A DNA stretch of 64,000 nt from Ylistrum balloti. Taxonomy: Eukaryota. The notes under the pieces were generated by a model. That model searched no databases. It was not told the origin of the DNA and saw nothing but the letters and a program-made list of their open reading frames with translations. The stretch covers positions 1,736,001 through 1,800,000 of the forward strand of contig NW_026782282.1 in NCBI RefSeq assembly GCF_031769215.1. Reading direction: 5' to 3'. Both the position numbers and the translations under genes were made by a program. Positions 21,099-33,805 of the stretch are shown piece after piece (position 1 is the stretch's first letter; every line of letters begins with the position of its first letter).

Positions 21099-24054
21099 TT
21101 AACTGATCTTTTCTTTTATTCCATAATTAAAATTGAATGTTTTCAATAAAATGACTAAAGATCCAGCGACTGTCATTATTAGTGTTCCTACTACCACTAG
21201 CAATGTGTGGCTTGTTTGACCTACTGGCACTGTTACTTCAATCGCATCAACATCCTGGAAGTAAATGTATCGTAAACTTCATTTGTCTTTATCATCCAAT
21301 AAGCAAATATACATATGTACAGGAATCGATATACAGATGACTACAACATCCCCAAAATCCTGAAGTTATTACACTGATGGTTTCAACATCTCCCAACATA
21401 AAATGTTACATTGAGGACTTCAAAATTGTCTAGCATACACAACAACCCCAGTGGGCCTCTGACATTCAAATTCTTTTATTACTTTGAGAACTTCATAGAG
21501 AAAAATATATATAAAAAAAAAAATAAATAAATAAACTGCATCAATGATATCTAAATAATTGCATTTTGTACCCTCAAACCCCTTGCAAACTTTAAATGAC
21601 TGACAAAACTAAAACTTGGACCTTTATTCGAGATACTTACTGACAGGTATTTGACCACTGTCCATTTACATTTGATCAATGTGGCACTTGTACAAGGGAG
21701 CTCCTCTTCACCAATCACTGCCCCAATGTAATCTGGTACAATCAACAGTAAGTTGAATACATAGAAGGATAACTCACTTCTTGAAAAGAAAGAGCTATTT
21801 TGTAACCGACATCATCATTTCCGAACATTTCCTTCAGTTTGGTTATGGCAATAGATTTCAATAAATTTCTTTCAAACCATATGATGAAATGATGTCTTTA
21901 CTGTCATTGTGATTTTTACAATTTTGAAAGCGTTATTGACCTTTGGTTTTTCGATGCAACAAATCTTAAGTATAATTCTTTGGCATAAGATAGGTGTTTA
22001 TTGTCCTACTCCACAGTATTCCTGTTAAAAAATCATGAAATGATAAAAAGGAAAATAAATATATTTACATTATCACTTTTGCAAGTCAGAAGTATTTGTA
22101 TTCTTTGATTAACAAAGAGCGGAATGTGAAAGGTGTATTTCACCTTTTTGTGTACAGGATAGAAGAAGCAATGGGTTTTGTATGATAACAGATGTGTACT
22201 CGTCACTCGATGATGGTCTGTGATACCGGAGGTGTATTGGTATGGTGACGCTGGTCATCAGAAAATCCTGTTTGTCAGTTGCATCACTCAGAGGAGATGT
22301 ATACAAGGAAATGTTCAAGGATGGAGCAAGATATTCTGGCTGTTCTACATCAACTGGATCACTGAGGAACTACCAAAACAACATAACACATGAAAATAAA
22401 TAACATTCAACTTTCTTTTCATCCTTAATTTTTAATTGAAAATGATGCACTTTCTCTGCTCTTAAATGTTTTCAATACATAATTTTGGAAATTTGTGGTA
22501 GAGTGTTTACAGTAGATATTCAAAATAATGCAAGCCTCATTTATGGAGATTCTGGTAAATGAAAAGAAGTCCATTTTTTTTTCCTCTTTTGTAATTTTTT
22601 GCAAAGATAAACATGTAATATTTTTCATGAAATTGTTTCTATATGCAATAAGGGCCAACATTCTGATTCATTTTGTTTTCTAACGAGCTTTCACTCAGCC
22701 TTTTGAGAACTGTATCAATATTTGCAAGTTTGTCCCAATTTATGCCCGAAACAGCACTTAAAGTGCCGATGAATCAGTTTATCTGTATACACAAACAAGT
22801 CCCTTATCTAAGAAACAGTACCTATTTTATGTAAAGCTACAACATGGTCTGTGACAAATATGGGCAATATATTCTTCATGTCGAGATATCAATTATATAA
22901 AGTGTTAAAGTACATTCTTTCAATTCAACATTACCTTAGGCCCACCAAACTCCCGAAGTGATCGTAACTGGAATGGATCAATATAAGCACCAGGGGGAAG
23001 TAACTCTAATAGCATCACATCACAGTTGGACACATTTTTAAATAGAGATTTTTCAAAGGTTATCTCTGTTGCTAGCTCTCTGTTGATAAAATGATAAAAA
23101 TCAATCAGAAATGCAGTTTCAAAACAAAAGAAGCATATCAATATTTAAATCAACATATGACTTTTTCCATGATATACTGTATTTATTTAGCAATATGTCC
23201 ATGTCTGGTATAAGCCATCCCACATTTACAGTCATTTGACACAACATTATATGGTGTGTACTAATGTGACATCCCAACAATTGTGATGTTCTCCACAGGT
23301 TTCCTCAAAATTACAGCTGATAAATGGTTTGTAAACATGTAGGTTATGTTTATTTGACTTATGACATTTGTGGTGCTGTGACCAGGATTTTTTAGCCAAA
23401 TTCTTGGAAGTCATTTCTTTTTCTCCATTATCACATCCAAGACAAGGGTTATCTTCACTGTCATCTTCTTTTCTTATGTCCTCAAAACTGAATGGCCTGC
23501 GAGGGTTACCTTAACATGTTTTTAAATGTCACTTGGGTCACAGCACCAAAAACCCATGAATAAAACAATTATATTGGTATGAATGTACAATGCATTTGTC
23601 CTGTGATGTCAAGCAATTAATTTGAGAGAAAGTCATAACATTTCTACCTTGGTACATTATAACCCAGGGCACTGAAGAAATAAATTTTAGAATAAGGAAT
23701 AATATGATCTCAACCATGTTCATGCTTTATCTAGATACTTAAGATGTATCTTCAGTCCAATTTTCAAAGCAAAATCTACCAGTTTCATCCTTTTTTGTCC
23801 CACTTCAGTCCCAAGAGATCAATCCCTGTACCCTGTTTCATTTGCAAATCCCAAAGATGCAACGCTGGAAGAAAAGCAGGACAACAAATAGCTTCCAAAG
23901 CATATAAATCATACAAATCAACTCAAATTTTCACTCACCTATGGAAACCATTTTTCGTCAAGGATCTCTCTACTTTGGGTAATTTCAAAGATTCAGATTC
24001 ATGGATTACTATGTAGACTAGTATGCTTGTAAGGAAATTCACAGGAAAATTCAT
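21099..24054 (-). CDS. PIGX: PIG-X, GPI mannosyltransferase I subunit; coding exons 24054-23939, 23079-22935, 22369-22144, 21732-21641, 21254-21099; about 244 aa
   Basis: Motifs KNGFHR, LPPGAYIDPFQL, VDVEQPEYLA, IPIHLRYHRP, QNPLLLLSC and VTVPVG followed by a C-terminal transmembrane segment match the PIG-X/PBN1 family. Junction phases 2, 0, 1, 0 are consistent. A probable non-coding first exon has its donor at 25428. Confidence 0.88.
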
Positions 24055-24430
24055 TGTCACTGTACCTGGAGCAACTAGTTCTCAAATTCATGGAAGAATC
24101 CTGAAATTCCTATGGCAGTGCCTACAACAGACATTTCAACATTATATTAAACCTATATGAAATCAGAATTGTTAATTTGCAGTTTATGGTATAGTTGATA
24201 TGTTTTTCTTTAGTATTAAAAGCTGCAGGGAAAATAAAGTTTTCAGAAGAACATTTCCTACACATGACAAGCCTTTAGTTTCAATATTATTTATATGTGA
24301 AAAAGAGAACAGGCCTGCATCACTGGACATCTGCCAGACATATGACAGATGCCACGCCAAGGAATAAGCTAACCCGTCTTGTGGACCAAGTAAGCTAAAA
24401 AAAAATTATTATAAGAAGTGTGCATACAAC

Positions 24431-24951
24431 ATAGTTACTGCCCATCATTCTACACAGAATGCTAAGGGTACTACAGGGTACATGTTTACAGCCTATCATT
24501 CTGTACAGAATCCTAAGTGTACTACAGGGTACATATTTACAGTTCATCATCCTGTACAGAATCCTAAGTGTACTACAGGGTACATATTTACAGCCTATCA
24601 TTCTGTACTGAATACTAAGTGTACTACAGGGTACATATTTACAGTTCATCATCCTGTACAGAATCCTAAGTGTACTACAGGGTACATATTTACAGCTCAC
24701 CATCCTGTACAGAATTCTAAGTGTACTACAGGGTACATATTTACAGCTCATCATCCTGTACAGAATCCTAAGTGTACTACAGGGTACATATTTACAGCCC
24801 ATCATTCTGTACAGAATCCTAAGTGTACTACAGGGTACATATTTACAGCCTATCATTCTGTACTGAATACTAAGTGTACTACAGGGTACATACTTACAGC
24901 TCATCATCCTGTACAGAATCCTAAGTGTACTACAGGGTACATATTTACAGC
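24431..24951. repeat. 51-bp tandem repeat, about 10 copies, in PIGX intron 1
   Basis: Unit TACAGGGTACATATTTACAG(C/T)(C/T)CATCAT(C/T)CTGTACAGAATCCTAAGTGTAC. It explains the 17-aa periodic ORFs on both strands. Confidence 0.95.
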
Positions 24952-25029
24952 CAATTGTTTTGTTCAGATCCTACATGTATGGAATACCAGTGCTTACGAT
25001 GATATTTAATACATACCAGACAATGGAAT

Positions 25030-25235
25030 TTGGATATCACAAATTTGGAAGTCCCTGTGTCTCTCAGCGGTAAGAACTTCCCAACATATCACATATTCAA
25101 GTGGTACTTCCACACAAGGGGAGATAATTATATCGCCAACTTATCAAAACATCCTGCCACCGCTGGGGTTCGAACTAGCGACCCTTCTGTCTCTATAGCC
25201 AGACACTCTACAGCCTGATTAAAGGCAAATTCCAA
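25030..25235 (-). mobile_element. Degenerate tRNA-derived SINE
   Basis: A Pol III B-box GTTCGAACCCC lies on the minus strand (25175-25165) in a GGTCGCTAGTTCGAACCC context. The A-box region is decayed and there is no full cloverleaf. Confidence 0.55.
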
Positions 25236-25427
25236 TTACCTGAGACTAATAAGGTCACCTGTACACTCAGCTTTTACATGTGAAGCTAATTTTCAAGCAT
25301 GTGATACATTTCAATAAATATACAACTATTAATATGACAATAGTTAGCCTACAAAAATTAAATACAATAGATTAATATTCATATATCATTTATGTGATGC
25401 TTTACAAATAATGAAAAACAAACTTAC

Positions 25428-25800
25428 AAAAGTTAAAACCACGTCCCTGTGCTTACAACTAAACGCATGCCTTTTGTTGACCCAGACAATTTATTTGAGG
25501 GATGTTTTTGTGTGTTCACATTTTCAGACAACTTGTTAAGTTAATGCATTTTAAATAATATCCATAGCTGAATCGTAGATGGTTAAGTCTACTTCAATTT
25601 GGATATAAGCGATATATACATAGTTCAATTTACTATAGTTTTTGCATAAAGTATTTTCGCTTTGATGGGGTTAAATTTTCCAGTGCATAAAACCTGGTGA
25701 ACATATGATTAACTTCCGGTTTATCGACAGTTGATTTGTCACCAAAACAATATGTAATTTCACCGATTACCAAGAAAAAACATTAAAGATTTAATAGACC
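25428..25800. promoter_or_regulatory. Shared promoter and non-coding first exons of PIGX (-) and CHMP6 (+)
   Basis: Minus-strand donor TT|GTAAGT at 25428 and plus-strand donor CC|GTAAGT at 25800. An ETS-type ACTTCCGG lies at about 25712-25719. The ATG-containing exons of both genes begin with an acceptor upstream of the ATG (24065, 27347). Confidence 0.55.
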
Positions 25801-26393
25801 GTAAGTATATAAAAAGTGATAAATATTTTAGTATGATTTATGTAGGGCTTTTACAACGTCAAAATTCAAGTAGGACCTAATCCTGTGTTGGCCGGCTCAA
25901 AAACTATCCACTACTTTTGTTGCACGATTCGGATGTTTTAATGTATCGAACTGTGAAATAACAACAATCAAAAGCAGCATAAATCCTCCAAAGATAGCAT
26001 TGCGTAGATCAAAGTGGTTTATTTATCAGTTGTATCAATACTATTATAGTAGGCCTAGCATAATATTGCCAGAAATCTGTGCTGCTTTTCTTTCTCTGTC
26101 GCAACTAACAACATGCAATAAGTGCGCCAAGTTTATTTTGCAAATGACCAGGTGGCTAACAAATGACCTCTCATTCAGACTTGTTGTTGGACAATGATTA
26201 GCGTTTCCTGGTAATTCTGATTAATAGACGTAAGGACTTATTACCAGGCATGGGCTTATTGTCGGATAAATAACCTACAAATGTAACAGAAATGGTATAG
26301 GAAATTTGTTGATTACCAGGTAGCTGTATTGGTAGGGCATCCGTCTGGAATTATTTTTTGTTCCCAGTTTCAAGCCCCTGAAGTCTGGTTGTG

Positions 26394-27270
26394 CTTAGCT
26401 CACCTGGTTCAAAGGTCTGGTGAGCTTATGCAAATGTCGCAACATCCATTGACCATCCAGCATCCATTATCTGTCCACAATTTACTGAGAATTGCTACAA
26501 GTCATAAACGTCTGAACAGATTCAACCAAATTGTATCAGAAGCATCATTGGAGGAAGGGGAAATAAGTTTGTTAAATACTAGTTCTTGGCCCTCAGAGGT
26601 CTGAGGGGTGGGGCCAAAAAGGGAAAATTTTACAATTTTTTTGAAATCCTACTCCTTCAGTAAGAATGAATGGATATTGCCCAAATTTGGTCTGAAACAT
26701 TCATGGATGAAGGAGAATTAAGCCTGTAAAGACGTTAGGTCTCGGCTCCCTGGGACAGAACCCAATAAGGAAAATCATGTTAATTCTTTAAAATCCTACT
26801 CCTGTAGGAATGAATGAATATTGCCCAAATTTGGTCTGAGGGTTAAGAGGAATCAATTTTGTATAAATATGCAGTCTTAGACCCCTTAGGAGGGAGGGAC
26901 AGGCAGGGCTGAATAGGGGAAATAGAGCAAATTCTTTAAAATTTTACACATCTTGTAGGTATGACTGGATTTTGGCCAAATTTGGTCTGAAGTATTCTTC
27001 AGTGAAAAGGAATCGGTTCAGCATAAATGATGGATCCCAGCCCCCCTGAGATGGAAGGGGTGGGGAAATGTAAGTTCTTGAAATCTTTGTTACATACAAG
27101 GATATTGCCCAAGTTTGGCCTGAAGCAATTTTTATGAATAGCGAATCTGACACCTGTTTGACCACAAGGCCAGAACCCAAAAGGGAAATTATTTGAGAAA
27201 TTATCTGTCATATGTTAAATATCTGAATTAGTCAGATGATCGGCAATGCATGCCCATAGGGTCTCTTTTT
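26394..27270 (+). mobile_element. HINE-like element, family A
   Basis: 5' TTAGCTCACCTGGTTCAAAGGTCTGGTGAGCTT, about 4 internal repeats of 150-160 bp, and 3' GTCAGATGATCGGCAATGCATGCCCATAGGGTCTCTT. Confidence 0.72.
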
Positions 27271-27408
27271 TATGTGATATTGTTATTTCATTTTTTTTCT
27301 TTCCTTTTTAGTAAAGTGTTTGCAGTTAAATTAAATTCTGTTGCAGGTTCTTGAAGAATAGGTATGAGACAATCCTTGTGAAAACTATCAACTGATCAGA
27401 ATAAAAAT

Positions 27409-30400
27409 ATGGGGAGATCATCTTCAAAGCCGAAGAAAGAGCCTTCACGAGTCACTGAACAGGACAAAGCTGTGTTGGTAAGTCCAAAAAATTTGTTTTT
27501 TTCCTGCTGATTTCTTATGATACCAGCCAGAGGAGGAAGCTAAGGGAAGCCATTTTCTCACAATGATCTTTTTACTTCTTTTTTGACAGCATTGCAGCAA
27601 TTAAGATATCTCAACATACATTGTATAGTCAAACCTCATTATCTCAAACTCAGTAGGGCCATAAGAAAACTTTGAGATAAATGAGTATTTGATTAAAGTG
27701 AGGTCAAATGTTTTGTGTAAAGTTAGGCAGAGACAGTGAAATGCTTCAAATTATACAGAGTCTTCAAGTTATACCAGTTTGAGATAACCAGGTTCAACTG
27801 CAGATAGATATTTATCGTGATGTTCTGTGAAGTACCTCATCATGAAAAAAAAGGGGGTGGGCTTATTCCAAAGCACGGACCTATACCCTATGTTATATAA
27901 TAAACATCTGACAACCCACACTGAGAGGGCAATCAGGTGCACTTTCACTTATGATGTAACTGTGAAGAAATGTAAAGAGATTACCTTAGGGATACAGACA
28001 TGAACTTCTAAACAACAATTGGCCAATAATAATGAGTAACACCTAGTTGAAATATGTGTTTCATTTTTTTTGTCTATTTTTATGAATGGTGTCACAAATT
28101 AATCACAAAAAAGGAAGTCTCTATTAATATTTTTTAAAACTCTTACAGCAACTTAAACAACAACGAGATAAATTAAAGCAGTACCAAAAGAAAATATTTG
28201 TACAGATTGAGAAGGATCGACAAGTGGCCAAGCAGTTACTACATGAAGGCAAAAAGAGGTATGAAAATGAAATACTGTTTATGTCATAATGAAACAGAAT
28301 CCAGCTCTTCTATGATAAAATGTTGTTGTTTTTTTTCTTTTGTAAGATTTTTGTCGAAATGATTCCTGAAATCTTTCCCATAGTTATTGTATTGCCTGCA
28401 ACAAAAAGCCACAAAAAACAAGATGCTATCTTGCTACATTTCCATGGTGATGGCGTCCTGATCAAAATTTAATTTTTGCATTTAATTAACAAAGCAGGAA
28501 TAGGGAAGACATGTAATTATGCTTGATTCATGTTTTGAAAAGGTATTTAAGTCTGTATACATGAAATCCCATTATCAATGAATCGTAGAGAAGAGTGCAG
28601 AAATTGCAAACAGTGTTAGCAGAATTTTTCCTTGGGGTATAAGACATCTTGTGTGCTGTTTTTTTGTCCTTTTGATAATACATAACATCAGTAGTCCTGT
28701 CTGATTATGACTACTATTTTAATTCTGATTCTATATACATGTGGTTATAGCTAGTGTCAGCCAGTTCTTTGTTTCCTTATCAAGTATTCTCATATTTTAA
28801 CTGTAATATGAAATTTGTTGCATTTCTTTACAGTAAAGCTAAGCTGATGCTGAGAAAGAAAAGATTCCAGGAATCCCTTTTAGAAAAAACAGATGGACAA
28901 CTGGAGAATATTGAACAAATGGTAAATGCATTTTCTTGTCATTGTCATCCATGACATACAATATTTTTTTTTTTGCAAATTTTGGGAGGTGAACTCTAAG
29001 GATGAACAGTTTTGACCTAAACTTCACTTGCTCTGATATAATACAATGTGCACACACTGGATTATAGCTATACTATGGAGTTTAACTTAATATTTGATAT
29101 TGGATTATACAAAGTTAACTAAAAATAGTTTCTAGGCTAAACATAATACAATTACGGTTTAAGCCTATTGTCACAGCCTTTGGAACAAGTTGTTACTACC
29201 AATTCTAGCTTTCTGATTGGTGGAAATATTCCAACGATTTATCAGTGACCCCTGGCAGCAGTCATATGCTATAAACAATGCTGCCATCATTCAAAACACT
29301 GTGTCATGTGTAGATACAGTCACTATGAGACAATCAAGTATCATACTAAAATCTGAAAAAAAATTGACATACAGGTTCATAAAAATATTCAGATTGACAT
29401 TTGCATCAATCACAAACTAGCATTGCATTTCACAGAATAATTGGATCATTGACATCTGTTCTTGGCAGTCTGTCTAAAAGTCGGCAATTAATGATTATCA
29501 GCGATAGTAACATTCCTTAAGACTCGTCAGAAAATGTATCGGCCGAGACTTTGGTGTTGAAAATGTTAATCGTCATTAATTATATGACTAATGGGATTTA
29601 TTTTGTCATCAACAGTTGTATTTTTTTAATTACCATTTGGTTTTATTTCAGGTGCATGACCTTGAATTTGCTCAAATTGAAGCAAAGGTTTTCGAGGGAT
29701 TGAAAGTTGGAAATGAATCACTGAAAAAATTACATCAGGTATTTAATCCGAAAATATTTTAGTTTTTTCAGAAAATGAAAATTATGAACAATGCATCTTC
29801 GCATTCAGCATGCATAGTAGTCAAAGTAGAAATTTAAGTGAACAACATTTTCCAATCAACAACATAATATCTTGGAGAATTGTTTCTTTATTGATGTCTA
29901 TAGTTGTAGAACCAGTCCCCTTTGGGTATACATCCACATTCTTCATTCCAACCGATCGCATTAATATCAGTAGTTACAGTGTCCATGTTTCCCAATAATA
30001 TACTTCCTGGCCTGAAATGTACAAAAAAACAAATATTTCTATTTCAAAAGCCAAAAAATATCAGTCTTCACATTGAAATATGACATCTTTTTTGTTGTTG
30101 TTAAAATGTTGTTTAATTGTTGTTTTGATCAGTAGAGAAATATCTGCCTCAAAACCATAACCTACAACTTTCCAAAATGTTGCCCTTCACTCATTTGTGT
30201 AGTATGTAGAGAATCTTTTATTGTTGTATTGACAATGTCATTATCAGTGATAATAAAAATCCTTGAGAATAATAGATAGAAAATCTCCAATCATTACATT
30301 GGGGATAACTGTGTTATCTGATCACACCTTAATTCCAACACAAATCTTGCCATTCTAGAAAATCATTCATTGTTATAGACATATCTTAATAGATTTTTAA

Positions 30401-33078
30401 TATATTGTATTTATTTAAGAGGTTTCAAAATATTTGACCCAGTGAAGTATATCAGAATATGCATGATGTGTCTCTAAATAATTTTATTTATCTTTTTTGT
30501 GTACAGATTATGTCAATTGAAGATGTGGAGAAATTGATGGACGAAACACAGGAATCTATAGAATATCAAAGGGTAAGAAGAGAATAGATAACATGTTATT
30601 ATCCCCTACTCAAACCCCTAGAGTCTTAGCAGTAAAGTATCAAGACATTTTTCGGGTGTAATACATCCATATAAAACACGATCTACTACAGTTTCCTATA
30701 ACTGAGAAAATTGAAGATATAGATCAGGCAGTTATGGAAGATGTGATGAACCTTTTACTATTTCACCAACCCACATCCCATGCAAGCAAATTTCCTCAGA
30801 TGCTAATAATCAAAATATGAAATGAAACACCTGTGGGAATGGCACTTGAGAAAAAGAATATCTTTGAAAATTATGATTTTTATGTCCCAACCATATTATA
30901 GGTGGTGCATAGTGTTAACCCATTTCCATTTGTCAGATCACACCGGTTCTGAATCATTATCATATCTTGAGAATAATGGCAGAAATTTGATTCATTTTCA
31001 CCCCATATCTTCTATATTTTATCATCCTAGAAGGTCATTGGTCAAGATTGAAGGGTCAGAGGTTGCATTTGACAACTGAATCAAATTTATCAATCAGTGG
31101 TACTTATATGCATTGGAGCGTTCATGTAATGCAGATTTTTGCTAGTTAAAACTTTGCGATAATTTTGTTTTCTACCTCTACTAGGAGATAGACAATCTAT
31201 TAGCTGGAGGTTTGACAGAGGATGATGAAGAAGATGTCCTGGCTGAGCTGGATGAACTAACTAAGGTATCAAATCCAATCCAATAATGATAAACTATTGA
31301 TAACTTCATTAGTTAATTACTTGTAATCATGCACTCAACTATTTCTCTGCCATTGTGTGTGGAAATTTTGAGATGGACATGTAGGTCGCTTTCACGTAAG
31401 CAGATGAACTGGTTGGAGTGGTTGAACTTGCAAGAAAAAAAGTTAGGTTCAGGAGAGACTGAGGCTGGTCTGCGGAATATTTAGCATGTACAGACTGAGG
31501 GGTCCAGCCATACCTTACCGAAGCAGACTTGCTGAAGATTATTAGTTTTCAGAATTTCAGCATAAAGTTGGGTCAGTGCACTCACGTAATTCCTGAAACA
31601 ATGTGCTATTAAGTAAGAGTGAAACGGATCGTATCTTAATTTTACTGGGTGGTTTTATGCTTAACAAGAAACTGTAATTTGAGCTTAACACGTATCAGGT
31701 CCAACATCCAGTACAAGTATGTTAATGTATATTGGAATAGTTCCAGACTACCTCAACCAATTCAACTGGGTTATGCAAAAGCAGCCATAGTTATTATAAA
31801 AAGAAAACTTTGAATCACTAAACTTTGTTTTATGGAAGTTTGACTGTACGTCGTCTTTTTCTAATTAGATATACTTGTAATAGAAAATTTGAATTTGCAC
31901 TATTGAAAAGATGGTGATTCTAATCTGGTAGATCTACTCAAATTCTTTTATTGTCAAGAGATAGAATAAAACACACATAATAATTGATGATTGGATAAAC
32001 ATTACCTAGTTTATTAACAGTTTGTGAATTTTACATTTCAACAGCAAGACATTGCCTTGCCGGATGTGCCTACAGACGAACTACCAGAAATACAAAGAGA
32101 AAAGGAAAAAAGTAATTATATGATAAAAATTTCTCAGTTACTGGTCTTCAGTTCAGGGACTCTTACATTTACGTATTACATTGAAAGGAGAAGCCATTTT
32201 TAATTTTAAAGGATGATATTTAATTTTGTCAGTAATGAGAGGCATTTTTTTTTTATTCTAATGGTTGAATCATAAAAAAAAAGCTTTATGATGTTCCATT
32301 TTCAAAAGAAGGTTTGCGCAAAAATTCTCTTAGAAAATTGATTTTAGCACCTTTTAAAATAAGAACCTTTCAGAATTCAATGATCTTATTTTATTCTTGC
32401 AATCACATATTATCTATCACCTATTCTTGACTGATACAGGGTTTCTCTCTCAATTAACATATTTAATTCCACTTTTGATAAGAAAAAGAAAACTTTCTTT
32501 TGATTAAATACATTGAAAGCATACGATTTCATGATAAGGATACAACATGCCATCAAACCTTGTTATCTTGAACTTGAACTGGAAGACCATGATTAATTTG
32601 AAGCATTTCAACTGTCTTGCAAAGCATTCAAACTCACTTAACTCAAATACAAGGTTATCATGAAGTTTCCACATGGTCAAGCAGAGTTTTAGACAAAGAG
32701 GTTCGGCTGTAGTAAGCTAATGTATATTAATTTGCATTGGAGTGATGATCAAAAAAACTATATCCTATCAGTATCAGCATGAATTGTTCATAAGGGGTAT
32801 CAATTTTATAAAATATTTTGTGCCATAATTTTAAGATTTTTAAAAATGACAACTTAATTGATAAAATTCTATGGAAATGAAAAAAAGAAAGTAAGCTATA
32901 ATTACTTATAAATATCTGTTTATATCAGAAACTGAGATGTTTATCTTGAGAATTAGAAGCTTTGACAAACAAAGCAACATTTAAGTTAGAATGATAGAAT
33001 TATTATCTGTTAATAATTTTGTTTTTACTTTCAGGAAGAGCTCAGAAAGAGGAGAGAGAAGCAATACCAGCCTCTTGA
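27409..33078 (+). CDS. CHMP6: CHMP6/Vps20 ESCRT-III subunit; exons 27409-27477, 28149-28258, 28834-28921, 29652-29738, 30507-30572, 31185-31265, 32045-32111, 33035-33078; about 203 aa
   Basis: MGRSSS N-myristoylation motif, SRVTEQDKAVLQLKQQRDKLKQYQK, LMLRKKRFQESLLEKT, MSIEDVEKLMDET and a MIM2-like LPDVPTDELP. All phases are consistent. Confidence 0.95.
27626..27800. mobile_element. Short Tc1/mariner-pogo-type MITE, degenerate
   Basis: Inverted ends TAGTCAAACCTCATTATCTCAAAC and GTTTGAGATAACCAGGTTCAACTG, with TA on the left flank. Confidence 0.6.
31384..31786. mobile_element. Degenerate MITE, possibly PIF/Harbinger-like
   Basis: Imperfect inverted ends of about 40 bp: GGTCGCTTTCACGTAAGCAGATGAACTGGTTG versus the reverse complement GGCTGCTTTTGCATAACCCAGTTGAATTGGTTG. 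The TSD is not clean. Confidence 0.4.
32548..32711. mobile_element. Second copy of the short pogo-type MITE
   Basis: Left ATCAAACCTTGTTATCTTGAAC and right GTTTTAGACAAAGAGGTTCGGCTGTA share the same terminal consensus as 27626-27800. Confidence 0.5.
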
Positions 33079-33298
33079 CACTTCTTCTTTCAACTATTTT
33101 ATCAAAACAACTCTGTCATTCTACATCAAACTGTGTATAACAATGTATATCATGTGTATATCATTTATACAACCTTCAGGATTGAAGACAAGAACTCTGA
33201 TAATTTTACACCGTGTGAATAATTTTGATTTTTAAAAAAATCGATTTTGAGAATGAAATATTACATACCGCTCAGACTAGGGGTACACATTTACTTAA

Positions 33299-33805
33299 AG
33301 GGGTATACATTCCAACAGAAAGGTCTCTCAAATGGATAATGAACCAAACTATGATTGGAAAATTATTAAAAGAGAATATTCATTGATATTATAAACAATC
33401 CAAGAAACTCTTAACACATTTATTCACGCGATTTAAAAATCTGCCGATGAACTGTCAATCAAAACCGATTGCAAGATTTGGCACGAGGGACATGCACAGT
33501 TACAACAGTTGCAGCGCCACCTGCAGCAGAAAATGACTGAATGCGGCAGTTTTCTTCATTTTCTTCAGCACGTGCGCCATATGTGCATGCCAGAGATTTG
33601 GTTGCTTCTTCGCTGCCCACAACTTTACAGAATATATCGCTTCCTGGCATTTATTCTTAAATCAAACTAAACAACTTGATAGCATAACTTGTAAATTTTT
33701 CTAATTTCGGAAAGTTCATGAATCCCAGGATACAGGAAAAGTTAAATATTGCGCAAAGTTGTTTTAAAACGTAAATTAGAAACAAAAGCTTGTATGTATA
33801 CCCCT
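33299..33805. mobile_element. Kolobok-type MITE, 507 bp
   Basis: TTAA|AGGGGTATACAT ... ATGTATACCCCT|TTAA gives a 12-bp perfect TIR, a TTAA TSD and purine-purine termini. Confidence 0.8.

Noticed and set aside
21551-21745. IVPDYIGAVIG as a KH-domain motif
   Set aside because: It lacks the GxxG loop, and the segment is PIGX coding exon 4 read through its flanking introns.
24395-25009. 170-aa and 175-aa ORFs on opposite strands as genes
   Set aside because: Both are by-products of a 51-bp (17-codon) tandem repeat in PIGX intron 1.
25140-25235. A functional tRNA gene
   Set aside because: Only the B-box/T-arm is recognisable; the acceptor stem and D-arm cannot be folded, so it is treated as a SINE head.
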